A DNA stretch of 64,000 nt, from the NCBI GenBank assembly GCA_028534125.1, contig CM052832.1:16990001-17054000 (forward strand), written 5' to 3'. The notes under the pieces are model-generated. The model worked only from the letters and a program-made list of their open reading frames with translations, did not search any database and had not been told where the DNA came from. The position numbers were made by a program, and so were the translations under genes. This stretch comes from Lama glama (taxonomy: Eukaryota). Positions within the stretch are counted from its first letter, which is position 1. Each line of letters begins with the position of its first letter. Below are positions 25,284 to 38,600 of the stretch, in pieces.

Positions 25284-26648
25284 ATGGCCTCTCTTAGTCC
25301 AGAATTTATGCCATTATATTACACTTCTGAGCATGGGGTTTTTGCACCTTGTAGTATTCTAAATTGGTCTTTTGCTTCCCTCTCTCCCCTGAAATATATT
25401 TTTTAATTAAGTCATTAAGATTTTAAGTCACTAACTAAAAAAATCTTAATATCATTTATTTTATGATTCTAAATATAGATAGTATAGGTCCTCATTGCAG
25501 ATTTGTTGCTTTATAATTAAAAGTTGAATTCTAGTGTATGTAGGAGGTTACTCCCTGGTTGTCAGTGGTAAGAATAGGAAAATAGTGAACTTTCTCCTGT
25601 GCTAGGAAAAAAATCATTTATTTGTTCTTTCCTGTGGTGATCTTTAGGGTCATAATAAATAACATCCTTTTTTCTCCCTGCCAGCTTTAGAACAAGAAAG
25701 AGATCCAGGAGTTGGAAACTAAAATACCACTTTTAATTTTGTGAATCTAATTGGAGGGAATAGCTCAGAAATAGCTTGTTGATTTGCTTACCCTTCCTTG
25801 AATTGAACTTGCCACTCAACACTTGAGGCCTGCTTTCCCTCACCCCTCTCCCCCATCATCAGAACTTGCCATCTAAGCTTCCATATGGATGAGAGCAGAT
25901 GAGAAATCATCCTTTCTGCATGAAGATGAAGAGGAAAAGGCAAGGAGGTAGGCCAGGCATCAACTCCTGCTCTAAACCTGCTGATCAGTCCTCACAAGGC
26001 CAGAGGTCAGGAGTTTCTTTGAACACTTTTAGAAATGTGACTCCTTTGTCTTCTAGCTTGCATGGTTTCTGATGAGAAATCTGATGAAACTCTTTGGCAA
26101 GCTGTGCTGTTTGCTGACAGGAGGCCTCAGTTTCTCACCACAGAAATCTTCCGTTAAGATTGCTTGAGCATCCTTATGACATGGCTGTTGACATTCCCCA
26201 CAGCAAGTGACTTAAGAGAGAGAGCATGGAGGAAGCTACAGCGTCCTTAAATCCTGGCCTCAGAATTCACCCTTCATCAACTGTGCCACATTCTGTTTGT
26301 TAGAAGTGGGTCACTAAAAACAACCCATGCTCAAAGGCAGGGGCATTAGCCTCTGCCTTCTGAAGTGAAGAGTGTCAAAGAATTTGTAGATATTAAAAAA
26401 AAAACTACTACAGAAATTAAAGGGTCTCACCTTATAGAGCCTTTAGAAGTAAGTTCCCTTATCCTTTACATCACCTATGAAGGTGCTGTTTTGATTTGAA
26501 TTGCTCATTCTGCTGCTCTTAGAGTACCCCTTTCCATGTGCTAATACAGTTACTACGGTCGATACCTATCCTTTTCTATCTGATAAGATAAAAAAAAAAA
26601 ACCCAACTCCTAGGGCTCGTGGAAGGGAAACGTGTACTATTTGGGGTA

Positions 26649-26890
26649 TGTATTAGTTTCCTAGGGTGGCTGTAACAAGGTATCACAGACTGTTGGCTTA
26701 AAACAGCAAAGTTTATTCTCCCACAGTTTTGGAGGCCAGAAGATTGAAATCAAGGTGTTGGTCAGGGTGATGGCTTCTGGAGGCTCTGAGGGAGAATCTG
26801 TTCTATGCCTCTCTCCTGGCTTCTGGTGGTTGCTGGCAATCCTTTTTTCCTTGGTTTAGAGAAGCAACAGTCCATTGTCACATGGCATTC

Positions 26891-26933
<43 letters not shown>

Positions 26934-27150
26934 AAAATTCTCTCTTCTGAGGTTCTCTTTGGACGTCTGCCTGGTACCAAAATTCTCTCTTCTGATAAGG
27001 GTGCCAGTCATTGGATTAAGGTCCACCTTAATGCAGTATGCCCTCATTTTAACTTGATTACATCTGCAAAGACCCTATTTCCAAATAAGGTAACATTCTG
27101 AGGTTCCTGGTGGGCATGAATTTTGGGGGGACACTATTTAACCCAATATA
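26649..27150. mobile_element. MLT1 MaLR LTR containing a (GT)19 microsatellite at 26894-26931
   Basis: tgtattagtttcctagggtggctgtaacaagg...ctgcaaagaccctatttccaaataagg...ttttgggggacactattta. Confidence 0.8.
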
Positions 27151-30100
27151 GGATATAAATATTAAAATTCACTAGTGTCTCTAGACACTTCACCAGAGGG
27201 AAGTTTCCATGACACTACAACCTCCAGATGTCCTCGAGTAGGTCAGTGAACTGTCAAATTGTAGAATCATGGCTGCTACTTGTTCTTATGTACATATTTG
27301 GTTACTGGAAGCCAAGAGAATTAGTACTAAGTAGAACAGGTTGAAAATAGTAACAGGCATAAAGATGATTCTTCTAACCACTTTTATGTACCCTCTCATT
27401 GTCAGCTGAGCCTGAGAAAGTTGCCACTTTTGATCATCTGACTCTGTGTCATCATAGCATCTTTTTTGATTACTTGGTACCAAGGGGAGAGGGATCATAC
27501 CAGAGGTTATTGCTTGCATCCTTTGGTCTGTAGGCAAAGCCTTTTTTCAGATCACACAAGTGCAAAGTGTACTCATCTAAATGACACTTTAGTAGAGGAA
27601 TCAAGGGATTGTCAAGCTCTTGCCTACTCCCTTACTTGATATGCATAGAGGGGGCACTTTTGTCTTCTAGGAAAGAGTGCAGAATTTGGTTTCTTTATTC
27701 TCAAGCTGACCCTACTTTAGGGAGGGGACCAAAAGGAGAAGAGACTGCTCCCAGTACAGTGAGTATATAGAAGATATTCTATAAATGTTTGTTGAATTAA
27801 GAAATTTTTTTTTCCATTATAGGAGTAGCTCTTTGCCATAATAGTAGCTAATATTTACCTATATAGTGCTTTGTCTCCTTTGACTTCCACAACATCAGTA
27901 TGTGGAAGGTTTTATTACTCCAGCTCTCCCCACCATCAAATTATCATCTATCTAAACTATATGTAGTTCCCTAAATCTAGTGTCCTGTTTCACAGCTTGA
28001 TGCCTTTTTTACTTCTTCCTGGATTCCTCCTTATCTTGCTCCCCTCTCCAATTTGTTAATATTTCTCTCTGCACTACTTTTGTACTTTTATAATGTTCTT
28101 GAATTATATATTTTTTATCTGTCCTCCACTGGACTGGGTGCTACTTGAGAGCAGAAATTGTCTGTTTTCCCATCCCCTAAAAGTGTCTGACACATAGGAG
28201 GCCTTAGCTCAAAGAAGGAAGCCAAGTTGGAATGAATGAATAATTTGCCTAAGGTCACACAGCTGGTGTATGACAGAGCCAGGAAACTAGATCTTTAACC
28301 AATTAACAACCATAAAGAACAAACACTGCACAGGTTCAGGAGATCCAAGGATTAACCCTAAGTTGGCAACTCTTGTGTTATTCTACCTATGTGAGATACT
28401 GTACATTTATGATATTTTGGTTCTCATTTGTAAAACTCTTTTTAGGACCATCAACTAAATGTTCTTTTTGTATGTATTTCATCCAAAGAAACTGAAAAAG
28501 TCTCAATTCCCTACAGATTCTTGTTGAGAGAAGTGGCTGAAGAGAGCTGCTGGCTATCATGAAGGGATAGAGAATTTCCTTCTCTGGCTCAAGAGCACCC
28601 CTCCTATGAGGAGTTTAGACTAGGGCCCTGTTGGAACTTATGTTCCAAGTCTTTGTACCTCGCCTGAATGCTCTCGATTGGTGACCCCACTACCTTTTAT
28701 TCTTTCTTTCCTTCATCTGCATGTTGAGATGTGACAGTTCCTCATTCGTTTGGGTGTGGAACTCTTGATTTGTGGGAGTGACTTCTTTTTGCTCTCCATG
28801 GTCCTGAAAGATGTCCCTGAGTTTCCTGAAAGTTTCTGTTTCCCAAATGCAGGTTTGAGTTTTCATTTGTTTTTGAAGAAAAACAACATGGCAGATGATC
28901 TGCTAATGACTGACTGGAAACCACAGGAGAATGAAAGGCACTACCCAGGTGGTAGAGTCAGATTTTCTGTTCTTTTGCATTTCTCCATCTCTCCTTCTTG
29001 TAGTCTCTTTTCCTTTGGCTGTCTCAGTGAGTCCAGCTCTACTTCTCTTGTTGCTGAGGTCTCAGACCTTATGATTTACTCTAGAGGTGCTGGCAAGACT
29101 GAGCTCAGATTTGGGATTAAGGAGATTAGGACTGGAGAAGTATTTGGTAGCCACCATCTTCAACACACGCTATTGCTGTGGGTAGAATTCCATATTTAGA
29201 AACTAAGGATATGCAAGCTAGAGCAGTAACCTCTTGTCCATGGGAATCTAGCTTACTGGAGGTGAGAGAGTGAGTCTACTAACCAGAGAATAAAGGGAAG
29301 TTTAAGACAATGTTTATTCCTGATAATTTTGCTCTCTTAGGCCTAGATAAAGATTGGAGATTTGTTGGATCCTGACTATTCAAAGCATGTTTGTCAAAGG
29401 ACAGCAGCATCAGCTTCATCTAGGAGTTTGTTAGAAATACAGAATCTCAGGCCCAGCACCAGATTTGCAAGATCATTTTAACAAGATCCACAGAGAGTTT
29501 GCTAATGTATTAACATTTCAAAATCACTGCTCTTGGACCTTCTTTCTCAAGTGTGATCTGAAAACATCTAGAGCTTTTCTTAAGAAGCAAATTCTTAAGC
29601 TCTGCTCTAGAGGGACTGTATCTGGCTCTCTGCAGGAATCTGTGCTTTAGCAAGCACCCTGGGTTCCTGTGCACACTAACATTTGAGGTCCACTGCTTTA
29701 GATGTAGGAAGTTTGAGCAGGGAAGGGTTATGGGCTAGAAATGGAATGATGATATTTAGGAACTGTACATAAATCCCTTGACTCCTGCTGAGACCAGTGG
29801 AGCTGATCCAGTTGATATGTGGAGAACACAGATCTCTTACTGTCCTCAAGAATCACCTGGATGTGATAGCAGGGAGGCTGCCATTTCTGTTCCCTTACTG
29901 ATGGCCAGTAAATGATAGGAACCAGTGACCCTGGTGATTAAAAGCTCATTTCTGGGCAATTTCTCATGAGAGACCACATGAAAGCCATGTTCATTTCAAG
30001 GATATAGGGTCAGCTGTGCCTCCAGCCCATGGAGGCCAAAAGTGGGACTATTTCCCTGTAAAAGAATCCTGAAAAGTAAAAATGGTGATTTGATTATCCC

Positions 30101-30890
30101 CAGGTATTTATTCTATCAGGTTGGGTTCCCACATCTTATGAGTGGAAAATATTGGAGAAGATACCAAGTATTAACAGAGTTTCAGTGATATGACCATCTG
30201 TCAATTCTCTAACTTCACAGAAGTTGAAAAAGGATAGAATCTAGATCATCAAAATCCACAGAAAATACAAAAGATCGTTTTTGCTCAAAAATTACAAATT
30301 CTTTTATATTAGCCTCTGAGAACAATTTTCAGGGATCCTTAGGACCTCAGGAAAGCTCTTCTCTCCTAGGCCTGTGGAGAGTCTGAGGGCCAAGAGACTG
30401 TCACAAGTGGGGAGGGAAAGGTGCTAAAGAGCTTCCCAGCCTTCTTAGAGTGGAAAGGAAAAAGCACCTCCTAGTTTTAAAATGCCAGGTGTAAACCCAC
30501 TCTCTTTAGCTGCAACAGTGGGCTTCGCCTTGGGTATCCTGGACGCTCTTTCCTGGTGCTAATACCACTCCCAGATTTCCCTGGTGTTGCTCCAAATCAA
30601 GTGACATGGCCTCTGGAACAAGAAGTGGCGGGTCTATCACCATAGAGCGAGAGTTCACTTAAAAGAGGGAGAAGGGGCAGAAATCTTGCACTGAGTTCGC
30701 TCTGCCACTAGGTGACCCATGAAGAGCAGCTTACCGCTCAGTAGGCTCATAAAGTTGACTGATTTTTTGTTGTCATTATTAGATCACTTTGCAAAATTGT
30801 AGAGTGTGATGCAGCAAAGAGTAAGATCTTTCAGATAAAGGAAAACTGGGTTCAAATCCTGGCTCTGCCTCCTAATTGTTCAACCTTGAG

Positions 30891-31826
30891 TGTTGGAGCC
30901 AGCCGACAATCGATCAGGTCCATAAACCTGTGCTGCAGGACTGAGAAAAGAAAGACAAGACTAGAAGGTGGGGTTGAGAGGGTCTCACTCTAGCCCGCAA
31001 GACGCTAAGCCAAGAGTGGACCTCGAGTTTATTTCCAGCAGTTAATTTATATGCTTTTAACCCATAGGCAACGGTATCGTAGGCAACGGTATTGTTTTTA
31101 TGATCTATTAACAATGTGTACTAAAATCATTAACTTGTGTATTGTTACATACATCATTATTGTTTATAGTTCTCATCAATCAAGACTAACCGTTCCCCAA
31201 GAGCTAAAATCATTAANNNNNNNNNNNNNNNNNNNNNNNNNNNNNNNNNNNNNNNNNNNNNNNNNNNNNNNNNNNNNNNNNNNNNNNNNNNNNNNNNNNN
31301 NNNNNNNNNNNNNNNNNNNNNNNNNNNNNNNNNNNNNNNNNNNNNNNNNNNNNNNNNNNNNNNNNNNNNNNNNNNNNNNNNNNNNNNNNNNNNNNNNNNN
31401 NNNNNNNNNNNNNNNNNNNNNNNNNNNNNNNNNNNNNNNNNNNNNNNNNNNNNNNNNNNNNNNNNNNNNNNNNNNNNNNNNNNNNNNNNNNNNNNNNNNN
31501 NNNNNNNNNNNNNNNNNNNNNNNNNNNNNNNNNNNNNNNNNNNNNNNNNNNNNNNNNNNNNNNNNNNNNNNNNNNNNNNNNNNNNNNNNNNNNNNNNNNN
31601 NNNNNNNNNNNNNNNNNNNNNNNNNNNNNNNNNNNNNNNNNNNNNNNNNNNNNNNNNNNNNNNNNNNNNNNNNNNNNNNNNNNNNNNNNNNNNNNNNNNN
31701 NNNNNNNNNNNNNNNNACAGAGATTGTCTTTGCTCAGTCAGCCTTAGAGCCTGACGCCCCGCACTCTGGGAGTTTAGGCCCAGTTTCTGTGCTCGGCAGC
31801 CCTCAGGTCATGAGTGGCCCCCCGTG
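30891..31826 (-). mobile_element. ERV LTR insertion (spans a gap) inside a MIR, with 6-bp TSD CTTGAG
   Basis: CTTGAG at 30885-30890 and 31827-31832; minus-strand AATAAA and a terminal ...CCAACA; MIR sequence resumes after the TSD. Confidence 0.7.
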
Positions 31827-32112
31827 CTTGAGTAAATCACATAATTTCTCCAAGCTCAGTTTTATTGCAGTAAAATAGGGATAATAAATTATGAGTATAT
31901 TGAGAAAAATGGAAGCACTGAGCACACCAGTGCCAGCATGCAAGGCATGCTCAATAAGGTTCTTTATTATTATTCCACAAGTTATTGACCTCAAAGAACA
32001 GATCTGTGGGTGAGAGTCCTGGTCTAAAAAAAAAAGTTTTCCTTTGCCAAATAAGTGATGCTTGAAAAAAAAAAAGCCCATAATGTAATACTTCATTGTA
32101 AAAAAAAGTTTT

Positions 32113-32230
32113 GGTGGAGGGTGGGAGTACAGCTCATTGGTACAGCCTGTGCTTAACATGCATGAGGTCCTCGGTTCAGTTCTCCACTACCTCCATTAAA
32201 AAAAGAAGAAGAAAGAAAGAAAAGAAAAAG
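32113..32230 (+). mobile_element. tRNA-derived SINE (Vic-1-like)
   Basis: gtacagctcattggtacagcctgtgcttaacatgcatgaggtcctcggttcagtt followed by an A-rich tail. Confidence 0.75.
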
Positions 32231-33817
32231 TTTTGGAAGAAAAACTTAGGACCAATTTTGCCCAGGGTTCCAAGATATGGATTCAAAGAAACATATAGAT
32301 TGATTAAAGTTTTCTTTTAGGAAAATAACTTTTTATCCACATTTTGCTCAGTGTAATAAACTTTGTTTTAATCTAACCAATATAGTTTCTCCATTCTTCC
32401 AGAAAATGCCGTTTCACTCTCTACTGTGTTTCAAATAAAAACATCCATCTCTTTAGCAGTCTCCTGAGCAACGCCATCCCCATCCCCAACTACAGTTGAT
32501 GAAACTAGTCTGAGTGTAGCTAAGGTGTGCTGTGGCAGAGTTGTCCACCAAATATTTTGGATTTTCCCCTTTCTAGGCTTCTGGTGGGATTGCACTTTCT
32601 GGTCTTACTGTTGTGTGTTTTGTGGGGGTGCCAAGTTAGTGCTGGCCAATGGGTTATTAGCAGAAGAAGATCTCTCCTGTACTGGGCATTAATTGTGGAT
32701 GCAGGATCCTCCACAGCTCTCTCCCCATTGGCATAGCCAGTTGCCTGAGTTGAAGATGGTGGCTGTTCTGTAAGCCTGGATCTCCAAGTGACCACAATGA
32801 ACGGAGCCACCCTCACTAATCTGCAGTAGACAGATAGCATGGGAAAGAAGGAAAATGTTTTGTTTTAAGCCATTGGGATATGTGAGTTGTTTGTTACTGC
32901 AGCATAATATATTCTATCCTGATACACTGATAGACTAGGATCTTTGATTCCTAGATCAGCTCCTAAACTGAGGATCGCTTGCTGCTAGCTTACTCTTCAG
33001 CTGGTGTCTCAGCTCTCCACAGCAGAGATATGCTCATATTCAGACCCTTGTTTCAGGGTTCTTTCTTGAAATTTTCTGCTTCTGGACCAGAAAGAGTGAC
33101 CCTTTCTTTCTTTGCTGGCAAAGATGAGAGTTAAGAACTTAAGATAGAGGTGGCTATGATTACAGCTTAGATAAGTAAGTTTGCAAAAATTGAAACAATA
33201 CAGAGAAAAGAGGAGATAAAAGAAGAGGAGTCTTAATTGCATTTGAGTCCTTGGTTCTAGTAATACCTGAGGTTCAGTTGCATCCCAGCTTTTCCTTTAA
33301 TTTGTTAAATAGGACAATAAACCCCTATTTTGACAGGCTTGAGTTAGGTTTTGCCATTTTCAGCCAAAAAGAGACCTGATTAATATACCCAGATTTAACA
33401 TTCCTAGTAGTCATATGGTATTTTTATTTGCCTGGATAGTAAAGCTCAATTCAAACCAATGGCCTTCTTGGCCATTTTCAGCTTTGTGTCCAGTAATGTT
33501 TCCTTGACACCCCAAATTCTCTAGGGAATTCTGGAGGGTAATGTGAAATCCTGTAGCAACACTGATGTTTCTATGTTGTGCAGGTAGAGAATTCTCAGGT
33601 CCCTAGTGCCTGGGGATTTTAGAAGTGAAGTACTGTAGTGTGCCTTCACAAGTAACTTTTACCATTATAATCCAGGATCGAAAGCTGTTGTTGCACTCAG
33701 AATTGTGTTTAGAGTACAGTAGTTAATTTTTCTATAACAGTGCAAAAGGCAGTAATAGAGCAAGCTACCCCAAGGTTCATACCTAGTTTAGACAAGACAG
33801 TAAAAGGGTTTACCTAC

Positions 33818-34267
33818 CTTGTAAGCCCTGGCATCTTCCTCGTTCTGCAGCACCGAGTGGCATTTGTGCTCTGTGAGGTCTTTGCAAAGTGCACACAAGA
33901 ATTGCTGGTCCTGGTCATAGAAAAAGGTCCTTTCCTTGTGCTGCTCACAGAACCAGACTTCCTGTGCTGGATTCTCACTCCCTGGGCTCCAGTGTTAGGA
34001 GGCTGGGGACCAAACTGGCCGGAATCCAGTTGGGCCCGAGGTCCCCTCTTGAAATGGCTGCTTGCAGAAGGGACAGCACAGGGCTTCCTCGGTGGATCTG
34101 AAATTGACGCGGCACCTGGTGACGCAGGCCTGGCAGGAGCTGTGGCCACAGAAGAGGCTCACAGGGTCCGACACGTGCTCCAGGCAGACCCTGCAGGTCA
34201 CCTCTCCCAGGAGGTCCCCCACAGTGGGCCCACTTGCCGTGACCGCCGTCCACTGTGTGCTCAGCAT
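33818..34267 (-). pseudogene. TRIM-family pseudogene, RING + B-box exon with frameshifts and stops
   Basis: RING: EVTCRVCLEHVSDPVSLFCGHSSCQACVTRC...CCPFCKQPF. After a frameshift: DLGPNWIPASLV. After a second shift, B-box: FCEQHKERTFFYDQDQQFLCALCKDLTEHKCHSVLQNEEDARAYK, ending at the canonical TRIM YK|gtaggt donor. Confidence 0.85.
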
Positions 34268-35491
34268 TTCCTTCTCAACAGTGACTCTGGCAGGAGGAGG
34301 ATGCCGAGAGGAATGTGAACAGTACCTGAGGTGGGAAGAGGAGGGTTTGGGATGGAGAGGGGTCATCTCGGCCACTGGTGTGGGGCCTCCCCAGGAGCAT
34401 CTAGTCCCCACACACACTCTCCTCCTCTCCAGTCTCTTCCACGTGCGGATGGAGGGGAGTGTTTCAGAATGGAAGTTCACCTGTGCTTCTCTGTTTCCAG
34501 CAAAAGGGGAGGAGGACTCTCAGGGCCCAGCCTCTCTCCTCAGCCTCCCCTCTCTGTCCCATCTTGTTCCCCTCCTGCCACCAGAGCAAACAGGGTTGAG
34601 CATCAGCTATGTGCCCGGCACTGTTCTGAGCACCTCATAGGTTTCAGCTCAGCCAGTCCTCACCTTGTCTCTAAAGTCCTCACCCATTTTACAGATGAGG
34701 AAAGTGAAGGGCACTGGGGTTAGTCACCTGCCGGGGTCACACAGCTAAGTGGGTGGGAGAGGAGATGCCGGGTCCAGGCTGTCTAGGTGGAGCCCGCACC
34801 CTTCAGCACCATGTCCAGCTGCCTCCAGCCTCCCTGGACCTGGTCAGTCCCACGAACCCCCCACACTGTCCAATATACATACAGGACTTCTCATCAGTGG
34901 TTTCCCTCCATATAGACCACACCTGCCCTGTCAACTCCTGTTCATCCTAAGGGCTCAGTTTCAATGGCACCTCCTCAGGGAGGACGTCCTGAGCTGCTCT
35001 CAGACTAGGGTGGGCGCCCATGCTCTACACTCCAGATGCCTGTCTTTCCACTTGATTATTTAGTGTCTAAACACGTAGGGCATATTTGACTTTCTCATTA
35101 AAGCATCCCCAGTTCCTGGCAGATACTGAACCGAAATAAGTATCATTTGAGTTAATAAATTAATATACCTCCTCCAAGTGTCATTAGGGAGAACATGTTT
35201 CTGGTAATGGCAGGCTAGGACACGGGGACTACCTGACCTGAAAACAGACATATATTTTGATGCAGTGTACCTTACTTATGACTACAGTGATTTAAAAATA
35301 TTTGGGGGCTGTTATATGAAGAATTATACTTACTCTGACCAAAGAGGTCAGAAATTAGTCACTTTTTGTAAAAGCTTCTGGGAGACAGAATTCAGTTCAG
35401 TATCAAGGATTTAAAAAAAAGAAAAAACAGCATAGGAATGAGCTTTGTTGGTGGATAGTTCTCTGTCACTGAAGGTATTCAACCACTCACT

Positions 35492-35610
35492 CTTTTTTGG
35501 GAGGTGGGGAGAGGTTTATTTATTTATTTTTAATAGAAATACTAGGGATTGAACCCAGGACCTGACACATGCTACATATGCACTCTACCACTGAGCTGTA
35601 GCCTCCCCCC
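35492..35610 (-). mobile_element. tRNA-derived SINE (Vic-1-like)
   Basis: gggattgaacccaggacc...ctctaccactgagct. Confidence 0.75.
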
Positions 35611-38600
35611 TGCCCTGTGACCGCTCTCTCTTGATGTTGTGTACGTGTTGTGTATGAGAAATGTGATGTGCTGGGAGGATCAACCACCTGATCTCTGAGG
35701 CCCCTTCCTTGCTCAACTTGTCATAGTAGAGCGAGCGCTGGGCTGGGTGTCAGAGGACCTGGCTTCCACTAGCTGTGTGATCTTGCTTTGGGCACTCTTG
35801 AGTCTCTTAATGTTTTTTTTTGTTTGTTTGTTTTGTTTTTGTTTTTTTTGGTTAACCTAGTATAGTAATATCTGATCACTTCACAGAATTAGAAGTGGGT
35901 TATATTGAATAATACATGTAAATCCTTGTTTTGTTGTGTTTTTTGCTCTTTCCTTTGCATTATGAAAACCTATGGCAACTCTTTTTCCATCTCTAATTAT
36001 TTTTAATTGTACAACATCATTATACCAACAACAATAAAAGGATTTTTTAAATGGAAAAGGAACAAACTCACCTGCAATCCTACTTACTTTTCTCTACTCT
36101 CTTCCAATGTGACCAAGGGTGGCTTTGGGTACCCACACGGGGAACTGTTTTAATTAAGAATATGAGAAGCCCCACCAGTTCCTTGAGCTTTTAGCCGCCC
36201 CCAATAGATCCATGTGATATAATAAGAAAAGCATTAGAGGAAAGACCGAAAATGAATGGAAATTGTTTGTCTCCTTTCTCCAGCCCATTGAACAATATAA
36301 ATTGTTCCCTCCCTTTCCCTCTGTTGTTCTGACTCTTCAGGTACTATGTGTAGACATGTGAGTGAGTTCCAACTCAGTCCTGTCTGCCCCTTTCCCTTGA
36401 AAAATCATACCAAGAGGATTCATCCTGAACACAACACATGGTGAAGAAGGAAGGGAGGGTGAGAGAAATAGACTGGCTTTTGCCTGAGATCCTCCAAGTG
36501 TTGCAACACAGAGAGGTTACCTTGGAGAGATGGGGCAACTCCAGAAAAGAGAAGAGAAACAGTTGTACCCACTGTAATGTTCAACCTTCCCCTAAGGAGC
36601 TGAAATAGACAATGTTCCATGTCTACGCTCCCTTCCTAGAGTTTTAGACAAGGGTCCAGGTAAGTAATTGGTGTTGATCTGTGTTCATTGTGAACCTTGG
36701 GATCAGGTCAGCCAGGGCACACACTCCCCTCACCGGCCCCAGCCTCTTGGACTCCCTGACCACCCTCCTGACCTCTGTCAAGCAGGGTGGGACAGCAGGA
36801 TGAGGAGTGGGTTCTGGGAGTCAGGACTCCCTGAAAGGACGGGAGAGACTCCCCTGTGGGGATGGAGGGTGCCCTCTGTCTGCCCCCTTCGGGAGGACAG
36901 TCTGGCTTCACTTTCTTGTGTTGACTCCCATCCCGACTGTACCGCCTAAAATTAGTTTCTTTTCCCCCACAGGCTATGAGGAAATGATTCCTTTCCTAAC
37001 TAGTTCTGTCTAGTACATGGTGATTCTATGGAGTCAGCCACTCAGGAAACCCTCCCCCCACCCCTGCCAACACCTCTCCCCAGTTGGAATTGCTTAGTAT
37101 TTTTATGAATTCTGCTCACACACGTGCAGCCCTATAGCAGAACAAGTGGTGGCAATCAAAGCAAAGAAAGGATTTGGCTTCATGAATAAATTGGCAAGGA
37201 AGAAGTACAGTTACAGAGATGCCCAGGTGGACTTCCTTACAGCAGAGTGCATTCCACCTCATAGTATTAATTACGAAGATTAAGTGAGTTCACACATGAA
37301 AAGCATACAGACAATAAAGTATAAATACCACCTGTCATCTCTTGAGTACCCCCATCTCCCTGGCAGTTACACGTTGTATTGTCTTTCTACATTTCTGCCA
37401 TCCCCCTACCCCAAGAAAATGAATATAAAAAGTTTGATAAAATTTCCTAGTGCTTTTGCTTCCTAGTACTGCAGTGGCCTCAAATCTTCCCAGTTTCATG
37501 ATTCCAGTTCTAACCTCCTTGGATGTATTATTTATTTTTCTGTGATTTTTAAAAAATGTATGGCAGTGACTTAAAAGTTTATTGAGGCAAATATTTAGTT
37601 TTTATTTCATTCAAACATTTTACTGCATATCCTGAAATCATTGAATACAGTGACATATAGTTCCAAATTAAATCATCCAGAAAGTCTTTTAAAAGTTTGG
37701 CTGAGACCCTGAACTTTCTTTGTGGCATGCGCTGGCACCATCTGTACCATTGTGTAACTTACGTTGCAACCATCTTTCTTGGGCACTGATGAGTGTGTTG
37801 AGTTCCTCAAATCAACAAAAACCCATCAATTTACAAATCTTAAACTTAATATTAAAGTAATTCATCAAGACATTTTTGTGATATGGTTGAATCTTTATTA
37901 GTAATGATTTACTGCTTAGATTTATAAGTTTTCCTGAATACCTCATTATGGTAGATATGTATGGTTTTGCAACCAGCAGAACCATTATTAAGGCTGCAAT
38001 GATATGCACTGCTTAGTCTTTTTAAAACCCTACAGTTAGTGTGTAAAATGCTCCTTTTAACTCCCCAGGAGATAGTACTGACTTCTGATGGCACTTTTTC
38101 AACGTTTTGTTGATTTTATGAAAATAAAATTTATTTCAGGAGTTTTTATTATTTCAAATACTTTGTTGTGTGATTCTAATTCATAATGTTTTTTAAATTC
38201 TTGACCATTGCTAATTGTTTTCTTTGAATCCTAAGCACTGACAGAATATGCTGGTACTTTCAACTTTCACACAGCTTTTGAGCATCATTTGTATCCGATA
38301 TTTACATCGCTAGCAATTATAAGCCACTGGTGAGTTCTGTCAAAATTATCAGTTTTTTAAGTGTTAGAAAAGCACATTATTACTTACTTTGAACTGAATC
38401 TTACACAATATTAAAGGCATTGCCATTTGTCATAGTTTTTGTACAGTATCACATGTTCAGACCATGATTCTTTACTCACGTCATTGCTTCCTTGTTCCCT
38501 CAGATCCAGGAGATGAATGTTTATAATATTTAAAAGCAGTGTTAAAAATGTATCCAAACCTCCTTATTTCATTCTGTTTGTTCTTCATATTCTAAGTTCT

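Noticed and set aside
26410..30160. Faint B30.2/SPRY-like words (for example LTLYP*NEH near 30000, MSGKYW near 30140, PRSWVFF near 26600) as the last exon of the TRIM fossil
   Set aside because: Too short and inconsistent in strand and order to support without an HMM search.
31051..31878. Long ORFs spanning N runs (also 10160-10594 and 55261-56109)
   Set aside because: Artefacts of translating assembly gaps.
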